Shown here piece by piece: positions 31,329 to 32,000 of a stretch of DNA of 32,000 nucleotides. A program made the position numbers and the translations under genes. The DNA comes from Phycisphaera mikurensis NBRC 102666 (GTDB lineage Bacteria; Planctomycetota; Phycisphaerae; Phycisphaerales; Phycisphaeraceae). The notes below the pieces were generated by a model. The model ran no database searches and had not been told where the DNA came from. It worked only from the letters and a program-made list of their open reading frames with translations. The DNA lies in contig NC_017080.1 of the NCBI RefSeq assembly GCF_000284115.1, forward strand, positions 900,001 to 932,000. The letters are read 5' to 3'. Numbering within the stretch: the stretch's first letter is position 1; every line of letters begins with the position of its first letter.

Positions 31329-32000
31329 TCAGCCGGTTCGCTCGAGAGCCGCCGCCTGTGCCTCGATCGTGGCCAGCCTCGCCTCCGCCGCCGCGAGCTG
31401 GTCGCGGGTTTCCTGCACCAGCTTCGCCGGGGCTCGCGCCGTGTACTTGTCGTTGGCGAGGCGCCCACGCAGCTGGGCGATCGACTCGCCCGCGTCGGCG
31501 GCCTCGGCGGCGAGCCGCTTCCGCTCCTTCTCGGGGTCCGCCCCGAGCCCGTGGAGGAACATCTTCGAGCCGGCGACGAGCACCGTCTCGGCTCCCTTGG
31601 GCGGCTCGACGCCGGGGCCGAAGTCGCGGCCCTGGTAGTGGCCCAGCGTCTCGGCGAGGTGGCGGTGCGGCATCATCCGCGCGGCGAGCTCGTGGGGGAC
31701 GGCGCTGGAGATCTCCAGCTTCTGCCGCGGCGGCAGCCCGTGCCGCTGCCGCACCTCGCGGACCGCGCCGACCACCTCCTGGATCAAGCCGAAGTCCCGC
31801 TCGGCCTCCTCGTCGACCAGCACCGAGGCGGCGACCGGCCAGCCGGCCGTGCACAGAAGCGGCGAACCGGGGAGCTCCAACCCGTCCACGCTCTTCTCCC
31901 CCGGCACCGCGGCGTGCAGCGCGGCGAAGAGCCGCTCGGTCACGAAGGGCATGGCCGGGTGGCACAGCCGCAGCGCCGCGTCGAAGCAGGTCAGCAGCAC
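31329..32000 (-). CDS. valS: Valine--tRNA ligase, C-terminal 223 codons (5' end lies beyond the window)
   Basis: Track ORF open to the window edge. It shows LRLCHPAMPFVTERLF (the class I aaRS LHPxMPFxTE motif) and the ValRS-specific C-terminal coiled-coil arm DPEKERKRLAAE...LRGRLANDKYTARAPAKLVQETRDQLAAAEARL. Confidence 0.85.
   Translation of the reverse strand: MLLTCFDAALRLCHPAMPFVTERLFAALHAAVPGEKSVDGLELPGSPLLCTAGWPVAASVLVDEEAERDFGLIQEVVGAVREVRQRHGLPPRQKLEISSAVPHELAARMMPHRHLAETLGHYQGRDFGPGVEPPKGAETVLVAGSKMFLHGLGADPEKERKRLAAEAADAGESIAQLRGRLANDKYTARAPAKLVQETRDQLAAAEARLATIEAQAAALERTG

Noticed and set aside
1-32000. A search for mobile elements, CRISPR repeats, defence-system genes, toxin-antitoxin pairs or a compositional island
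   Set aside because: I saw no integrase, transposase or recombinase motifs, no regularly spaced direct repeats, no flanking tRNA, and no obvious shift in base composition. RecBCD is the only nuclease system present and is canonical.

Overview
This is a 32-kb stretch of a very GC-rich bacterial chromosome (above 70% GC by eye, not computed), tightly packed with about 20 protein-coding genes, nearly all housekeeping. In order they are: tatC (partial, found by hand translation, absent from the ORF track); an FAD/Rieske fusion oxidoreductase; a lipoprotein and a 944-aa secreted Ala-rich repeat protein; amtB-glnK; an O-antigen-ligase-like/TPR membrane protein; ispE translationally coupled to a TetR regulator; a divergent YbgC-type thioesterase; a rhomboid-like membrane protein; ftsW-murG; a GH52 beta-xylosidase homologue; recC-recB-recD; a ThuA-like protein; a long-form NfeD protease; and the 3' end of valS. 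Most long entries in the six-frame track, including ORFs of 2404, 2252 and 1310 aa, are Arg/Gly/Pro-rich shadow frames of these genes. I saw no rRNA, tRNA, CRISPR array, transposase, integrase or island boundary, and no convincing new multi-gene system, so the window reads as core chromosome. The signals most worth a second look are non-coding or at residue level. (1) The 543-bp amtB leader holds a sigma-54-type -24/-12 match, an upstream inverted repeat, and a hairpin plus intrinsic-terminator structure, suggesting an attenuator or small RNA. (2) A G15 homopolymer sits in a G-run-rich divergent region between the rhomboid-like gene and ftsW. (3) The rhomboid-like protein has no membrane histidine and carries a C-terminal Cys4-type motif. 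(4) A perfect 24-bp inverted repeat lies between recD and the ThuA-like gene. (5) The GlnK T-loop lacks Tyr51 and Ser49. (6) Repeated motifs cluster in the GH52/recC divergent spacer. Taxonomic origin cannot be proven from the window. The high GC, frequent GTG/TTG starts and an isolated ftsW-murG pair suggest a Planctomycetota/Phycisphaerae-like genome, but that is a guess.
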